From contig MFKT01000009.1 in NCBI GenBank assembly GCA_001781125.1, positions 10,712 to 74,711 of the forward strand: a stretch of 64,000 nt of DNA, in the 5' to 3' direction. The DNA comes from Candidatus Kaiserbacteria bacterium RIFCSPHIGHO2_01_FULL_53_29. Lineage in GTDB: Bacteria > Patescibacteriota > Minisyncoccia > Phycocordibacterales > UBA2100. A model generated the notes under the pieces. It had not been told where the DNA came from. It ran no database searches and saw nothing but the letters and a program-made list of their open reading frames with translations. A program made the translations under genes and the position numbers. Positions 61,699 through 64,000 of the stretch are shown here, piece by piece. Each line of letters opens with the position of its first letter. Position 1 is the first letter of the stretch.

Positions 61699-63999
61699 TC
61701 ACGGCGTTGGAGTTTCGGCAGGGGGAGGCTCGGGTGTCGGCTCCGGAGCGGGCGGAGGCGTCGGTTCAGGTTCTGGCTGTGGCTCGCCGGAGCCTTCGGC
61801 GGACTGTGTCTCGCCAGAGGCGGACTCCGTCCCGCCGACGGCGGAGGCGGCTGATGGTTCAGGTTCAGGAGCGGGTTCATCTGCAGGTGCTTCTTCCGCG
61901 GGCGGACTCTCCGCAGGAGGTTCTTCTGCGAGGGAGTCCTCGGGAGTGTCCGCTGGCGGATTCTCGGCGGGTGGGGATTCTTCTGGCGCATCTTCCGCCG
62001 GAGGCGTCTCCTCCGAAGGAGGTGACGCCTCAGGAGTTGGCGACGGAGTTGGTTCTGGAGCTGGTGCCGGAGATGCAGAGCCCCCACCGCCGGAGCTTCC
62101 GGAGGAAGCTCCGGCGGCTCCCGCAACTTGCCCTTGCAAAAGCGATTTGAGCTGCTCTTCGTCGACGCATGTCTCCCCGATGCAGAGCTTGTCGGTAGTG
62201 ACCTCGCGCGCGAAGACCTTGTCGAAGATGCCGGTTACCGCGTAGATGGCTGTCTTGTACACTTCGACCACCATGTCGCCGATCGATTGCATGGCACTCT
62301 TCAGTCCATTCGAGGCATCGGCGAATGCCGCGTACCATGGCGTCTTACCCGCAAACTCTTCGCGTGGCGTCGAGGTTGCTGACATTATCTCCATCGCGCT
62401 CGTCGTCGCCACAAGGTCCTCAAACTTCGCGTCGAGCTCTTGCACCGCTCCGGCAAGCACGGCCGTCATGTTCTCATACTGGACGCTGCGTGGTGTCACG
62501 CCGTCGCTCTCGAAGCTGACAAGCCGCGGGTCGAGCTGACTAACCTCTTCAGCAATGAACCCGAGGTGCGTCGTCTGGTCATCCGTGAAGTCGGCATTGT
62601 ACACAAACGACACCGGGCGCAGTTGTTTGACCAACGCGAGGTTCTCGGCCGATGAAAGCGAGGTGATGCTGTTTTTGTAGCGTTGCGAGGAGACGGTGCA
62701 CGCTCCGGAAACGTAGGTGATGTTTCCGGTAGACGTCGTGTGGCACACGGTCGTGTTGCCTCCGCTGTTGCCTAATACCGCGAAGAGGTCGGCCGGGCTC
62801 GCGTCAAGGTCCGACCAGTTGATGTAGGTGTTGCCTCCGTCGCCCGCGTTGATGACGATGTTGCCGCTACTATCCGAGCGTATACTGCCTTTTATCGCGT
62901 TGCTATGCGAGAACGCAATATTCGTCTGGCCGCCGGTGTTATCCAGAGTCAGATGCGCGTTGCTTACCGTCGCGACGGCAGTAGCGTTTGATTTTGACAG
63001 CGTCAGAAGTCCCGTCGGCGTCGTCGTCCCGATGCCGACGTTGCCGTCTTTATTGATCCGCATCGTCTCTGCGTGCGAGGTTCCCTGATGATGAGTCTCA
63101 AAGGCGATTTCCTGAGACGTACCCCCAGCATCTGAAATAGCGTCAAAAAGGATGGCGGCTCCCCCCGTGACACCAAGGTTGTAGGTAGTACCTGCTGTGA
63201 GGAACGAGATGCGCCGGTCGGTGGTATCTGTGCTGTCAAGTCTGATACCGCCCGTTATAGTCAGCTTTTCACCCATGCTCGTCGCCCCAATGCCGACGTT
63301 GCCGGAGGATGTTATGACAATGCCGGTGGCGTTTGCCCCGATCGCAGCATCGCTGTTGGTGTTGGTGATATAGAAGTTGCTGTCAGCCGAATTAATACCT
63401 ACCTTATACTCGACCGTATTCGGGTCGTGGAAGCGGATGCCCACGTCAGCATTGTCTTTGTAGAGTTCAAGCAGTTCACTCGGACTCGTCGCCCCGATGC
63501 CGACGTTGCCGTTGCCTGCCACCGTAAAGAGGTCAACGCTACCGACATCCACATTCAAAATTTTATTCGTTGAAGCGCCCCCTTCACCGCGGATTAGCAG
63601 GCCGTGCGCGGTCGCCGCCGTTGAACGATTATGAATTACTTGAGTGTAGCCCGTTGCATTTGTCTCCCATACAAGGCCGTTCGTCCCTGCGGGGGTGCCA
63701 GCCTGATCACCGGGATTATTTGGGGTATTGGCAAGGAGATTGATCGGACTCGTCGTCCCGATGCCGACGTTGCCGTTACCCGTTACCGTGAGAGTCGGGG
63801 TTGAGTTAAGCGTACCGGCGTCCATGGTGTAGAAACGCAAGTCTGTGTCCGAACTGCCGGGTAGATAAGACTGGATACGGGCCAGGCCTTCCCCGTTCCC
63901 GTGTGCAAAGTCGATAGCGTTGGTGTCGGCAACCGAAAACGAGGTATTGGTAAGGATAATTTTCTGCTCACCGGAACCGGAAATGCTTAGCTTACTTTG
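61699..63999 (-). CDS. Large fibre-like surface protein with GNVGIG repeats and an intramolecular chaperone (peptidase S74-like) domain; 5' end outside the window
   Basis: Frame stays open to the window edge; four GNVGIG[TA]T; SSQRYK..LRPVSF..GFIAEEV..AVQEL; Pro/Glu-rich tail. Confidence 0.88.
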   Translation of the reverse strand, partial: QSKLSISGSGEQKIILTNTSFSVADTNAIDFAHGNGEGLARIQSYLPGSSDTDLRFYTMDAGTLNSTPTLTVTGNGNVGIGTTSPINLLANTPNNPGDQAGTPAGTNGLVWETNATGYTQVIHNRSTAATAHGLLIRGEGGASTNKILNVDVGSVDLFTVAGNGNVGIGATSPSELLELYKDNADVGIRFHDPNTVEYKVGINSADSNFYITNTNSDAAIGANATGIVITSSGNVGIGATSMGEKLTITGGIRLDSTDTTDRRISFLTAGTTYNLGVTGGAAILFDAISDAGGTSQEIAFETHHQGTSHAETMRINKDGNVGIGTTTPTGLLTLSKSNATAVATVSNAHLTLDNTGGQTNIAFSHSNAIKGSIRSDSSGNIVINAGDGGNTYINWSDLDASPADLFAVLGNSGGNTTVCHTTSTGNITYVSGACTVSSQRYKNSITSLSSAENLALVKQLRPVSFVYNADFTDDQTTHLGFIAEEVSQLDPRLVSFESDGVTPRSVQYENMTAVLAGAVQELDAKFEDLVATTSAMEIMSATSTPREEFAGKTPWYAAFADASNGLKSAMQSIGDMVVEVYKTAIYAVTGIFDKVFAREVTTDKLCIGETCVDEEQLKSLLQGQVAGAAGASSGSSGGGGSASPAPAPEPTPSPTPEASPPSEETPPAEDAPEESPPAENPPADTPEDSLAEEPPAESPPAEEAPADEPAPEPEPSAASAVGGTESASGETQSAEGSGEPQPEPEPTPPPAPEPTPEPPPAETPTP

Positions 64000-64000
64000 C

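Noticed and set aside
61390-64000. Prophage
   Set aside because: No integrase, terminase, capsid or portal genes in the window.

Overview
Chromosomal segment of a Patescibacteria (CPR) bacterium using the standard code 11. Parcubacteria, probably Kaiserbacteria-like, is inferred from gene order and gene forms. The housekeeping backbone comprises rpoD, dnaG, rpoC, rpoB, trmD-khpA-rpsP, smc-rnc-nusB-rpmF-rnhB, dnaE, thrS, gyrB, a single-chain PheRS, tRNA-Thr, tsf-rpsB-prfA-rpmE, rplY, and pentose-phosphate/glycolysis genes. Accessory material includes two RAYT-like HUH transposases, an IS481 element, a RelE/ParE toxin-antitoxin pair, a sortase with a candidate IPYTG substrate, and several repeat-rich exported proteins. 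The most unusual signals are at DNA level. (1) At 1.3-5.2 kb there is an array of unrelated single-gene cassettes, each preceded by a ~30-bp repeat (TTTGGACAAACCCGAGGCGGGGGTATAG[C/G]AT) shaped like a sigma70 promoter and often fused to a hairpin. (2) There are three 120-135-bp MITEs with 4-bp target duplications; two sit in the ATGAA start of a gene and regenerate its start codon. (3) Short palindromic elements are inserted in-frame in many essential genes. (4) Two small regulator-like genes are bracketed precisely by 22-24-bp palindrome-containing repeats. No database searches were run; product calls come from recognisable motifs.
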